Source: Candidatus Marinacidobacterales bacterium
GTDB taxonomy: Bacteria > Acidobacteriota > Vicinamibacteria > Marinacidobacterales > SMYC01
Length of the DNA: 64,000 bases
Reading direction: 5' to 3'
Assembly (NCBI GenBank): GCA_965237955.1
Contig: OZ250169.1
Location: 416,001 to 480,000, forward strand
Shown here: positions 54,648-64,000 of the stretch, piece after piece
Position numbering within the stretch: the stretch's first letter is position 1
Layout: each line of letters opens with the position of its first letter
The notes under the pieces: generated by a model
The model's database searches: none
The model's input: only the letters and a program-made list of their open reading frames with translations
Told to the model about the DNA's origin: nothing
Program-made: the position numbers and the translations under genes

Positions 54648-56720
54648 TCATGCCCGAAGGTCATCGAGGAACTCCGATGCCGGGGCAACGCTCGTGACGA
54701 GCAGATGATCCCTGGCCCGCGTGCAGGCAACGTAGAGCAAATGACGCTCCGTGTCATACACCTCTTGCAGATCGGCGTCGTCGCCCACCGTTTCGATCCG
54801 TTTCTGCAAGGGGATGATTTCATCATCGCAGGCCATCACGACGACGGCGCGAAACTCCAGGCCCTTCGCTAGGTGCATGGTGCTGATGCAGACGTAACCA
54901 CTGGTGGTTTCGACATTCTCGTCCAAAATCTTGAACGGGAATCCAGAAAGCTGCACAGCCGAACGCACACGGTCCAGTTCTGCGGCGGATCGCACGAAGA
55001 CACCACACTCGTGGGGTGCGACACCGTCCTTCGCACGTCCTGAGACCCACTGGCCAACGTGTTCAACTTCTTCTTCCTGGCTGCTCAGAACTCGAATCTC
55101 CGGCACCGGCCCATTGAAGACGGAGACGGTGTGGCGTCGCTCCTCCCTGTTGCCATCGGCATCGGACACCTCGGGACCGAGCAGTCGGTCCGCCTGCGCC
55201 CGGATCTGATGTGACGTACGGTAATTGACCCGCAGCGTCTTCGACCGTCCCCGAATATCCACGCCCAAGGCCAGCCACGAGAACGGCTGCTGGAAGATGC
55301 GCTGGCCGAGGTCGCCAGCGAAGAAGAGCGCGTCAGGCCGATGCCGGCCGAGCCCCGCGAAGAACCGGAGATGGGCCACGCCGATATCTTGCGACTCATC
55401 GACCACGGCGAAGTCAAACGGCGGGTTCCTACTTTCCGCAACGGCTGCCGCCAGCTTCGTGAACATCGCTGAGCGCGTGATCATGTGCCGTGCCGCGAGG
55501 CCCACGCGAACCTGCTCGAACATCGACCAGAGGATCGCCCGCTGGGCTTCTGGGAGCCGTGTTTTTCTGCCGAGGCGCGCGACATCTCTATACACCTCCC
55601 AGGTGTCCAACTGCCACGCATCAACGACCTGCTCCCACTCGCTCAGCAAGAATCGCTCACTGAACTTGTGGTTCTCTCCACGTTCGCTGGCGGCCAGCAA
55701 CAACTCGTGAATGACCTCTGGAGGCGCCAGAGTGATCTGCCCGAAGTGGGACTTGTATAGGCGCTCTCCGGTAGCGTTGATCGAATGGACTTCCAGTCGC
55801 TCCGCCAGGCGCGGTTCGTTGCTGATGAGTCGCCTGAGTTGCGTGCGGAGGGCATTCGCCAGCATGTGCGAGAACGTCGTCAGTAAAACGCGCGCATTCT
55901 GGTTGGCGCGGGCCAGGAAGACGGCGCGATGCAGCGCCACCATCGTCTTCCCCGTGCCGGCGGAGCCAGAAACCCTTGCGGGCCCTGTGTAGCGCCGTTC
56001 AACCAGCTGCCGCTGCTCGGGATGGAGGAACACCGACCACTTGTCCCACGGGAACTCCAGAGCGCGCTGAAGTTCCTCGACGTTGCTCATCACGCGGAAT
56101 CGGCGTTGCGCGTCGGGATGATCAAACGGATTCATAACCGGTGCGACCGGCTGAAGCGGAAGTGGCCTGCCGCCAGTAGCCAGCTCCAAGAGCGCCTCGG
56201 CGGCCTCGCCCGGTAGTCGGTCGGCCAGCGAGAGGAGACTGTCCTCATCGACTTGGCGCACGTCTGGCAACCACTCCGGCGGCACGCCGTAGGTCAGCAA
56301 GTCGTCATCGGACATGTCCGCAAACAGCGGTAGCTTGGCTGTCGCTGGCTTCGGAGCCTCCACATACGTCGGGATGAGGATCTCTTGAACATTTTCCCGA
56401 ATCTCCACGAGCTGGGCGGCACCCGTTTTGGGGTGCGTCTCCAGTCGGCGCCGTTCCGCCCAGTCATACGCCTTGTCGTGATGGCCGACATAGCAGAGCA
56501 GGAGGCTCGTCTCACTCTTGTGCACGATCAGCCGGATGTCGCCACTAACCCGCACCGACCAGAAGTTCTTGTCCCTGGCCTTGTTGAGCTTGTGGAAGCT
56601 CATGCCGGGATTGGCGGGGTTGAGCTGCAAGTCGAACGCCGTTGTCTTGATGGCCTTTTGCTCCTTGCTCGTTAATCTGGCGAGACTATCTGTGAAGGTG
56701 TCGGCGATGCGGAAGTCCAT
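54648..56720 (-). CDS. UvrD-like SF1 helicase with an N-terminal RelE/ParE-like domain
   Basis: GSAGTGKT, DESQD, GDLGQRIF, NYRTS, TMHLAKGLEF, LYVACTRAR; N-terminal FHKL....KNFWSVRVS.DIRLI..YVGHHDKAY. Confidence 0.85.
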   Translation of the reverse strand: MDFRIADTFTDSLARLTSKEQKAIKTTAFDLQLNPANPGMSFHKLNKARDKNFWSVRVSGDIRLIVHKSETSLLLCYVGHHDKAYDWAERRRLETHPKTGAAQLVEIRENVQEILIPTYVEAPKPATAKLPLFADMSDDDLLTYGVPPEWLPDVRQVDEDSLLSLADRLPGEAAEALLELATGGRPLPLQPVAPVMNPFDHPDAQRRFRVMSNVEELQRALEFPWDKWSVFLHPEQRQLVERRYTGPARVSGSAGTGKTMVALHRAVFLARANQNARVLLTTFSHMLANALRTQLRRLISNEPRLAERLEVHSINATGERLYKSHFGQITLAPPEVIHELLLAASERGENHKFSERFLLSEWEQVVDAWQLDTWEVYRDVARLGRKTRLPEAQRAILWSMFEQVRVGLAARHMITRSAMFTKLAAAVAESRNPPFDFAVVDESQDIGVAHLRFFAGLGRHRPDALFFAGDLGQRIFQQPFSWLALGVDIRGRSKTLRVNYRTSHQIRAQADRLLGPEVSDADGNREERRHTVSVFNGPVPEIRVLSSQEEEVEHVGQWVSGRAKDGVAPHECGVFVRSAAELDRVRSAVQLSGFPFKILDENVETTSGYVCISTMHLAKGLEFRAVVVMACDDEIIPLQKRIETVGDDADLQEVYDTERHLLYVACTRARDHLLVTSVAPASEFLDDLRA

Positions 56721-56727
56721 CGGGCGC

Positions 56728-59568
56728 TTAGACCTTGAACACCTTCATCACTTCATCGCCAAGGTGATTGATCACCTTCACGGCGATCCGCCCGGATTTT
56801 GGTTTTTCGAAGGGCCGGGAGATGTCACTGTGCAGCGTCTCCCAGGCTTCCCGGTTGATTTCGGCTTTGAGAGTAGATTTGAGGGCTTTGTAGGGGTCGT
56901 TGGCGCCGAGAAAGTAAGCGTGTCGGACGAAGAAGCTTTCCTCGTTGTAGTCGGTGTCAATGAACCAGCAGGCGATGCCGTCGGCACCGTCGCTACGGAC
57001 TTCCCCGGTGCTGGGGTCGAAAACATCGACGCCTTTCACCTTCACGCGTAGCTGGCCGTCCGGCTCCAGCAGGGGTTCAATGTCTGGCTCGCCGAAGATG
57101 ACGAAGAGGTTCCCTTTACCGGTATTCTTGAGGTCCTCGGCCATGTGCAGGTCCGCGTTCATGCGAGCTTTGAGCACAGGGATGCGTCCCAGCTTGCTGA
57201 ACTCCGTGGCGTGCGCCTCGTAGTTGAAGGCACAGGCGATCAGCACATCGAAGTCAGCATCGCCGGCTTCACGGGCAGCCGCGACGAGATCGGCGCGCTG
57301 GACGGTGCCGAACTCGGGGCCGATGAAGATGGCAGCCCGCTTCTCGGTCGTGCCCTCCAGATATCGGCCCTCGGCGCAGACCAGTTCTCCCGGCCACGGA
57401 ATCAGAGTGGTGAAGGTGATCCGGTCGTCCTTGTGTGCCTGCTGCACGCCGGCAGTCTTCAAGTTCTCCAGAGTCATCAGAGGAAAGGACTGCTTGGTGC
57501 CGATTGTGGGACTGTCCTCCCTGAAAGTGTCGATCAACTCATCATTCTCGTCCACGCCGAGGACACGGTGGGGGCTCAGGCTCTCGACCGTGAAAGGGCC
57601 AGCCACACGGACGGTCTTCTTGTTCTCGTAGGGCCTGTCGTAGAGATATTCAAACTCGGCCTTGGCGGCGATGGAGGCGTCGATCTCTTTCTGCCGGGCG
57701 ATGCGGGCTTGCCACCAGTCGGCGTGCAGCTTCTTCGTCGCGTCTGGCCAGTTGGCATCGGCCGCACGCGGAATCTCCCACTCTTGCCAGGTCTTCTTGA
57801 GCGCGGCGTTCAGCTTAGACCGCAGCGACTCCAGCGTCTCCTGCCATCGCTCCCATATGACGTCAATCTCGGCGTTGTTGGCAACTACCGAGGAGGTTAT
57901 GTGCGGTCGGCGCCGATAAACGAAACCCTGGCGAACATCGCTATGAGTGGGCGATTCAGATGGCGCCTTGCGAGTGATCTCAGCCTCTTTTTGCTGTCCC
58001 TCCGGACTGTCGGCAAGCAGGTAGTACGGGTAGCGTGCGCCCATGATCCGGGCGCGGGCGAGCGCCAGTGCGACTCGCGAGGTATCGATGGTGATCCAGC
58101 GGCGACCCCACTGTTCGGCGACGTAGGCGGTGGTGCCAGAACCGCAAGTCGGGTCGAGAACGAGGTCGCCGGGGTCGGATGCAAGTAGTAGACACCGTTC
58201 CACAACACGTTCATTGGTTTGCACGACGTAGACTTGATCTGGCGCGCCACCGAAACCATCCCACCAGTTCGATATTGGTTGCATTCCAAAGTCAGAGTAG
58301 TATCGGACAATTCGAATTTGCTCGCTGCCGACATAAATCCGACTTGCGAAATCCAATCTCCGCATCCCGGAGTATTCGTCAACGGCATCAATCGCGATAT
58401 GCTTCCAACAGTTTCCTCTGCTTAGTCCAGGATCAAAGTCACGACCACGAAAAGTGAACATGACGCTCTGATTCTTGCGAACCCCGCCAGAGGTAGAGTT
58501 TTCGGACGTAAACAACTTGTGCCCGCGTTCGCGCTCAAGGATCAGTGGCCTCACCTTCAGTAAACTACCAAACTCATCGCCCTTTGCTATCTCAGAAATT
58601 GATGTGTCCTCGCCCGAGGAAAGACGCACCATTCGGAAATCTCTAGCGATTTCCGACTCGTCCAAGAACTCCTCGAACAATTGTCGTGTTTTTGCCTTAG
58701 TTTTGTCCTGAAAGTGCCAAACGATGTAGTCGTTTACTGCTTCTGGGAACTGACCTTTTTGGCTGCCCTTCTTCTTGATTAGAAGAAGATCGCCAGCGTT
58801 CTCCTCTCCAAACACCTCATCCATCAACGCCCGGACGCGATGGACATTCTCATCCCCAATCTGCACGAAGATCGAGCCGCTCTCCGTCAGCAGGTCCCGC
58901 GCCACCGTCAGCCGATCGCGCAGGTACGTCAGATATGAGTGGATGCCGTCGCGCCAGGTGTCGCGGAAGGCTTTGACCTGCTCGGGTTCGCGGGTGATGT
59001 GATCGGTCTTGCCATCCTTGACGTCGCGGCTGGTCGTGGACCACTGGAAATTGGAGTTGAACTTGATGCCGTACGGTGGGTCTAGGTAGATGCACTGCAC
59101 CTTGCCGCGTAAGCCTTCGCGCTCGGCCAGACTGGCCATGACCTGGAGGGAGTCGCCAAGGATCATGCGATTGGACCAGTTCTGGTCGTGCTGATAGAAC
59201 TCAGTCCTATCCACGCCCTCGGGGATGCCGTTGAAGTCGGCGAAGAGGTTGCTCTGTGCTCCAGGGGCCGCCGCTTGTGCTTGTTTCGTCTGCCGAAGGA
59301 GATCGTCGACCAACACCTTCGGATGAACCTTTTCCTGAATGTAGAGCGGCGGGGCGTAGACAACTAGATCGCTCCAGTCCTGCTCATCCTTCCCACGCCA
59401 GATGAGCTGGGGGTCGAGATCGGTGTTCCGTGGATACTTCACCGGCCGTGACTTGGCATCGTCTGGTCGGAGCACGGACTGATGCTCGGCAGAAGGGATG
59501 TTCTTCCGCTTGGTCTCGTCGTGCGTGATCGTTTCTACGGTCTTGCGAGTGCTGCGCCTCTTGGCCAT
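56728..59568 (-). CDS. Type III-like N6-adenine DNA methyltransferase (Mod, beta order)
   Basis: IYLDPPYG before VLDPTCGSGTT; RRWITID; C-terminal IAVKVI...GDE. Confidence 0.9.
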   Translation of the reverse strand: MAKRRSTRKTVETITHDETKRKNIPSAEHQSVLRPDDAKSRPVKYPRNTDLDPQLIWRGKDEQDWSDLVVYAPPLYIQEKVHPKVLVDDLLRQTKQAQAAAPGAQSNLFADFNGIPEGVDRTEFYQHDQNWSNRMILGDSLQVMASLAEREGLRGKVQCIYLDPPYGIKFNSNFQWSTTSRDVKDGKTDHITREPEQVKAFRDTWRDGIHSYLTYLRDRLTVARDLLTESGSIFVQIGDENVHRVRALMDEVFGEENAGDLLLIKKKGSQKGQFPEAVNDYIVWHFQDKTKAKTRQLFEEFLDESEIARDFRMVRLSSGEDTSISEIAKGDEFGSLLKVRPLILERERGHKLFTSENSTSGGVRKNQSVMFTFRGRDFDPGLSRGNCWKHIAIDAVDEYSGMRRLDFASRIYVGSEQIRIVRYYSDFGMQPISNWWDGFGGAPDQVYVVQTNERVVERCLLLASDPGDLVLDPTCGSGTTAYVAEQWGRRWITIDTSRVALALARARIMGARYPYYLLADSPEGQQKEAEITRKAPSESPTHSDVRQGFVYRRRPHITSSVVANNAEIDVIWERWQETLESLRSKLNAALKKTWQEWEIPRAADANWPDATKKLHADWWQARIARQKEIDASIAAKAEFEYLYDRPYENKKTVRVAGPFTVESLSPHRVLGVDENDELIDTFREDSPTIGTKQSFPLMTLENLKTAGVQQAHKDDRITFTTLIPWPGELVCAEGRYLEGTTEKRAAIFIGPEFGTVQRADLVAAAREAGDADFDVLIACAFNYEAHATEFSKLGRIPVLKARMNADLHMAEDLKNTGKGNLFVIFGEPDIEPLLEPDGQLRVKVKGVDVFDPSTGEVRSDGADGIACWFIDTDYNEESFFVRHAYFLGANDPYKALKSTLKAEINREAWETLHSDISRPFEKPKSGRIAVKVINHLGDEVMKVFKV

Positions 59569-59570
59569 AG

Positions 59571-62500
59571 CTAGCTGCCCTCAGTCATCGGACGTGCCGT
59601 CGCGGTGGCGATCATCTTGTCGAACTCGCCTCCGACCTTCGCCGCGAAGTCGGTTTCGATCTCGTAGACCTCAGTGAACTCGGCGAACGCCCAGCGTCCA
59701 TACGTCTTGAGGTTATTCACGCCGGGCACCCAGTAGGTATCCATCGTGGATTTCTTTTCCTTCGCGTCCTCGCGCCGGTAGCCCTTGATCTCGACGACCA
59801 AGTGCAGCAGATCGTCGGGGCCGTGGCCGTCGTCCACCAAGACGACGAAGTCGGGCAGATACTTCCGAACCTCGGAGCCATAACGATACGGCACTTCGAA
59901 GCCCAGGTTGTGGTTCTTCGTGTAGGCTACGACCTTCGGATGCGACTCGGCGACGCGGCAGAACTCAGCTTCCCAGTCGCTGTCAAGCACCACCCAGTTG
60001 ACATGGTTCTTGGGCGGTGGACCACTGGTGTCCCAGCGGTCCGCTCGGGACGTGTTGAATCTGACGTGGGCCGTGGAGCCGGTGGGATTGTAGGGGTCGA
60101 GCAAGGCTTTGATGGGGCGGTGGTCTTCCAGCGCGTTGGTGATGCCGGCGGTGATGCGGTTGCACGCCATGTCAGCCAGCTCCTGATACATCAGCTGGGC
60201 GGGATAAGTGCCGCCCTTGCAAACGAGACAGGTGTCGAGCCACTGCTTCGTGATGCGTTTGAGCTGACCGAACAGATAGAGCTTCGGCTCTTCCCCCGGG
60301 TCGCGCCATTTCGTGTAGAGCAGGCGCTGGGTGACGTGGAAGAGCAGCGTGGACGGCCGCATGTCGCCTAGATGCACCAAGTTCAGGTCCACGCTTTCGC
60401 CGATGATTCCCGAATCCTGTGTGATGGACGGGCCAACCAGATCGGGGCTGAGTTCGAGAATGGAATCGACGTTGAAGGTGGCCGTGAGGCGCTCCTCGGG
60501 CAGTTCGACGCGGTAGCCTTCGACACGAGGGAACTGGATTTCGAGGCCGTCTCGCTCCAGGCGCATGGCTTTGACTTGAACCGTCTCACGCGGCGGCTGC
60601 GGAGGCGCGATAACGGGCTTGGCCGTGAAGTCGAAGGGAACGCCGAAAATGTCTGCGTACTCGACGTTGAAGAGACTTTCGTCATTGAGGTCGTAGGATT
60701 GGCGGCGCAGCGCGCGTCCGATGACCTGTTCGCAGAGGAGCTGGGTGCCAAAAGCGCGAATTCCGAGGACATGGGTGACGGTGTTCGCATCCCAGCCTTC
60801 CGTCAGCATCGACACGGAGACGACACAGCGGATGGAGCCGCCGAGTTGGCCGTGCTTGCCCACGGTGTTCATGACCTCACGCAGCAACTCCTGATCGCTG
60901 ATGTTGTCCCCTGCACGGGCATCCCCGGTGCGCTCGATGATCTCGCGGCGGAAGCGTGCAATCTCATCGGCGGCCATGCCGCGAAACTTGTCATCGAGAG
61001 CATCACCAGCTTCCAGCTGCTCACTGTCGATCAGCAATGTGTTCGGACGCGCGAGCGGATTCCCCGTGGTTTCGTCGAAATTGCGGAAGAGGGCCAGGCG
61101 ACCGTTTTCGAGTGTGGTGGTCCCATCTTCGTTCTTCCGGTGAAAGCCGGAAACGAAGTCATAGACCAGCTTCGAGATCGAGGTGTTCTGGCAGACGATG
61201 ATGAAGCAGGGTGGCACACGAATGCCCCCTGCCTCCCACAGCGTGAAGGTCTTCTCGTAGTGCCCGTAGAGCGCCGCAAGCGCGGTTTGCAGTCGGGTGG
61301 GCAGTTTAAGTGGATCAAGCTCTCCGCCCTGGCCGCGCCCCTTCTTGGGCATCTTCTTGCGGATGTTTTCCCAGAGGTTGCGGTACACCGGCATCTCGTC
61401 ACCGGGAATGTTTTCCGCGACCGGGACGCGGGGCAGTTTAACGATGCCGCACTCGATGGCGTCCATCAGCGAGAAGTCGCTCATCGTCCACGGGAAGAGC
61501 GTGCCCTCGGCATAGCCGGACCCACGCAGGAAGAAGGGCGTGGCGGATAGGTCGATCACACGGGAGAGGCCGAGCTTACGACTCACGGCTTCGAGACCCG
61601 AGATCCAGAGGCGAGCCGCTTCATTGTTCTTTTCTGCCTCTTTTCTGTCATCGCCCCTCAGATGCTCATCGTCCGGCTCCGGTGGCTTCTCGCGGTAGCA
61701 ATGGTGCGCCTCGTCGTTGAGCACGAGGATGTTCTTGATGCCCATCAGATCAGGCATGACACGCTGGAGCATCTGCCCTTCGGTTTCGGTGGTGTTCAGC
61801 TCGTCGCCGGTGCGGCCCTTGAGCAACGCGCGTCCGCCGGCAGACAGCTCGATGCGCTCGCGTAACTTGAAGGCGTGGTAATTGATGATAACGATCTTGG
61901 CGCGGTTCACGTCATCGAGCAGGTCGTGCGGCACGAGTTCGCGGCTGGCGTAGTAACTGTCTGGGTCGTTCGGCTGGAGGACGCGGAGCCGATCCTTGAT
62001 GGTCAGGCCTGGGGCGACGACTAAGAAGCCTCGGGTGAAGGACTTGCTGCCGGGGCGGCGCACCGCATTGATGGTCTGCCACGCGATCAGCATGGCCATG
62101 ACAGTTGTCTTGCCGGCCCCGGTGGCCAGCTTCAGCGCGAAGCGCATCAGTTCGGGATTGGCGTCCTTGTTGGCTCTGGCCAAGTGGTTGAGCAACCGTT
62201 TACCGCCCTTGGATTGTGGCGCGACCTCGGTCAGCCAAATCGCGGTTTCGACGGCTTCCACCTGACAGAAGAACGGGCGGATGCTGCCGAACGGGTGGTG
62301 CCGCCAGTGCTGGAGCAGGCGCGCGGTTTCCGGGCTGACCTGCCACTGGTTGGGGTTGGGCCAGGCCCGCCATATATCCACGTTCTGACGCACTTCATTG
62401 ATGATGGAGGTCGGATCGTATTGTTGCTCCTTGGTGGAGAGACCTTTCCCCTCGTCGAACACTATCTCGGCTTGCTGTCGGTCCTTCCGCTTCTTCGGCT

Positions 62501-62645
62501 TTGGGATCGGCGTGATGAACTCGGCGCGTCGACGGCGGTCCAAGACCTGATGCGTCGGCTGTCCCTGGAAGTCCAGCTCCCAGTGCCGCTGTGGGCACTC
62601 GTAGGGTGAATTCAGGATGGGGTGATCGAAGAATGGGTTGGCCAT
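59571..62645 (-). CDS. Type III-like restriction subunit (SF2 helicase plus PD-(D/E)xK nuclease)
   Basis: KLATGAGKT, NDEAHH, LSATP, MLTEGWD, QVIGRALR, YLPDF..VEIKG. Confidence 0.9.
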   Translation of the reverse strand: MANPFFDHPILNSPYECPQRHWELDFQGQPTHQVLDRRRRAEFITPIPKPKKRKDRQQAEIVFDEGKGLSTKEQQYDPTSIINEVRQNVDIWRAWPNPNQWQVSPETARLLQHWRHHPFGSIRPFFCQVEAVETAIWLTEVAPQSKGGKRLLNHLARANKDANPELMRFALKLATGAGKTTVMAMLIAWQTINAVRRPGSKSFTRGFLVVAPGLTIKDRLRVLQPNDPDSYYASRELVPHDLLDDVNRAKIVIINYHAFKLRERIELSAGGRALLKGRTGDELNTTETEGQMLQRVMPDLMGIKNILVLNDEAHHCYREKPPEPDDEHLRGDDRKEAEKNNEAARLWISGLEAVSRKLGLSRVIDLSATPFFLRGSGYAEGTLFPWTMSDFSLMDAIECGIVKLPRVPVAENIPGDEMPVYRNLWENIRKKMPKKGRGQGGELDPLKLPTRLQTALAALYGHYEKTFTLWEAGGIRVPPCFIIVCQNTSISKLVYDFVSGFHRKNEDGTTTLENGRLALFRNFDETTGNPLARPNTLLIDSEQLEAGDALDDKFRGMAADEIARFRREIIERTGDARAGDNISDQELLREVMNTVGKHGQLGGSIRCVVSVSMLTEGWDANTVTHVLGIRAFGTQLLCEQVIGRALRRQSYDLNDESLFNVEYADIFGVPFDFTAKPVIAPPQPPRETVQVKAMRLERDGLEIQFPRVEGYRVELPEERLTATFNVDSILELSPDLVGPSITQDSGIIGESVDLNLVHLGDMRPSTLLFHVTQRLLYTKWRDPGEEPKLYLFGQLKRITKQWLDTCLVCKGGTYPAQLMYQELADMACNRITAGITNALEDHRPIKALLDPYNPTGSTAHVRFNTSRADRWDTSGPPPKNHVNWVVLDSDWEAEFCRVAESHPKVVAYTKNHNLGFEVPYRYGSEVRKYLPDFVVLVDDGHGPDDLLHLVVEIKGYRREDAKEKKSTMDTYWVPGVNNLKTYGRWAFAEFTEVYEIETDFAAKVGGEFDKMIATATARPMTEGS

Positions 62646-62814
62646 TGTCTAACCGATACTCACAGGTTGCCCGGGCAAGAGGTCGATGATGTTGCGGACT
62701 TCATCCACCGCGCGCCACCGGTACCGTCGGTGCCCGATGCCAGGTGTCGCCCATCCGGCCGAGTAGTCATGAGATTAGGGTTCGATTGTTCGCTGAGCGA
62801 TCAGAGGATGCGTC

Positions 62815-63639
62815 TCAAAGGCTATCGAAGAAGTCCTGCCTAGGCTTGACAACTTCAACGGTCTCAGTGCTAATGCCCAATCCGAGTTCCCTCAGCAGGA
62901 TGCAAAGATCAATACCGTCGATCAGATCGATAGCCGGTGCTCCGTCCCTCACGGCTTCTCGCTTCGCATCCTGTGTGAACCTTCCTGTGGTGATGAACAG
63001 CCCCTTATCTGCGCGGCCGACCATTGCCCCCCTGAAGTCTCGGATCTCAGACGCACCAACCGAACCCGTGTACCGCTTGCACTGAAAGCGAACATGAAAC
63101 GAGATGAGGTTGACCCGCAATACGCCGGAGCCGTCGATGCCACCATCGCCAGAACGACCCGTTACTTCCACCTTCGCAAATCCTGATTCCCGGAGGACGC
63201 GCTGACAAAGACGTTCAAAGGCGGCAGGCTCTATGGAACGAATAATGCTCAAAAGAGCTTCTTGCCAACCCTGCTTATCGGACTCAGGTTTAGCGTTCCG
63301 CGATTGCCTCTTCTTCCGTTCCAGACGGATTAGCTCATGTATTTCCTGCTCCGTCTGAATCCTTCGCCCAACGTCTGTGATCGTCCAAATGCCACGTGAC
63401 GTATTGCCGATGGCGCCGACAAACTTCAGATTGGTTCGCGCCCATGCAGCACGATAATCGACTTCCGATACTGGACCGTCTTTGTGCGGGACATCCAGAA
63501 GCTCGTCCGGTAGTGCCATATCTGTAGCCACCTGCTCCGAAAGCTCCTGGATGGAGGCGGAACCACCTCGGTCTTCCAATGCTTTGAGGGTTGGCCAAAG
63601 CAAGTCATTGGAGCTGGGAATTTGGTGCTCGTCAGTCAT
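62815..63639 (-). CDS. mrr: Mrr-family (type IV) restriction endonuclease
   Basis: Mrr_N (R.AWAR..LK..G....SRG.W.IT); AFERL, TGRSGDGGIDG, QCKRY, GLFITTGRFT..A, LIDG. Confidence 0.9.
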   Translation of the reverse strand: MTDEHQIPSSNDLLWPTLKALEDRGGSASIQELSEQVATDMALPDELLDVPHKDGPVSEVDYRAAWARTNLKFVGAIGNTSRGIWTITDVGRRIQTEQEIHELIRLERKKRQSRNAKPESDKQGWQEALLSIIRSIEPAAFERLCQRVLRESGFAKVEVTGRSGDGGIDGSGVLRVNLISFHVRFQCKRYTGSVGASEIRDFRGAMVGRADKGLFITTGRFTQDAKREAVRDGAPAIDLIDGIDLCILLRELGLGISTETVEVVKPRQDFFDSL

Positions 63640-63756
63640 GCATTTTTCTCGTTCAAATTGTACCGCCTGTGATTTCCTGGACAGATAAAGCGTAGCATTC
63701 TAGTTCGGCGGCAGCTCTGACAGCAAGAGAGCGCAGGGGCGCTTCTGCCGTCAAGT

Positions 63757-64000
63757 GATGGAATGGACTCCTCCGCTGACATAGACGGCATCGATGTGCC
63801 AAAGTCAGTCGAATACGCATCGAAAAGGAGGAGTCCGAATGAAAGATACGACGATCGCTGTGGATCTTGCAAAAAACGTCTTCGAGATTGCCATCTCGGG
63901 AGAAGCGGGGAAGGTGTCCAAGCAACTCCGTGTGAGTCGACCCAAGTTGGTGTCGTTTTTTGCCAAACAGAGCGCTGCCACCGTGCTTCTCGAAGCCTGC
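63757..64000 (+). mobile_element. IS110-family (IS1111-type) left end and transposase start at ATG 63839; runs off the window
   Basis: MKDTTIAVDLAKNVFEI...LLEAC (not in the ORF track); GATGGAATGGACTCC end; 10-bp IR 63765-63774/63827-63836 covering the RBS. Confidence 0.85.

Noticed and set aside
60001-60020. Partial similarity of spacer 36/37 to the res gene (ACATGGTT..GGGCGGTGG)
   Set aside because: Short, gapped and GC-rich, so likely chance; I saw no convincing self-targeting but did not search exhaustively

Overview
GC-rich bacterial window, probably Acidobacteriota/Vicinamibacteria-like (inferred from the sulfatase, GT-C-like membrane protein, SGNH and CotH content; not proven). It is an extreme mobile-element mosaic. 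Two intact IS21 copies have target-site duplications (TSDs). There are four IS5-family and two IS6-family elements, IS3/IS256/IS110 pieces, and a family of rve-transposase elements whose CGT-terminated, IHF-box-bearing end recurs 11 times. Also present are two copies of a TGT..ACA MITE and three group II intron remnants, one a complete ribozyme frame with a gutted RT gene that carries an IS21 copy. A 39-repeat CRISPR array (22106-24943, type I-G-like repeat) has no cas genes in the window and is cut by mobile DNA at both ends. The right 12.5 kb is a co-oriented defence cluster: Mrr, type III-like Res and Mod, a RelE-like/UvrD fusion, and a sacsin-like GHKL ATPase-DUF3883 nuclease with one in-frame TAG. 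A conserved ~450 bp non-coding block follows this cluster and also follows a type I hsdR remnant. The most novel-looking signals are the defence cluster, a small structured RNA module that appears in two different domains of two different introns, and the shared non-coding block downstream of RM cargo. All family calls come from motif recognition by eye; no searches were run, and many junctions could be assembly chimeras.
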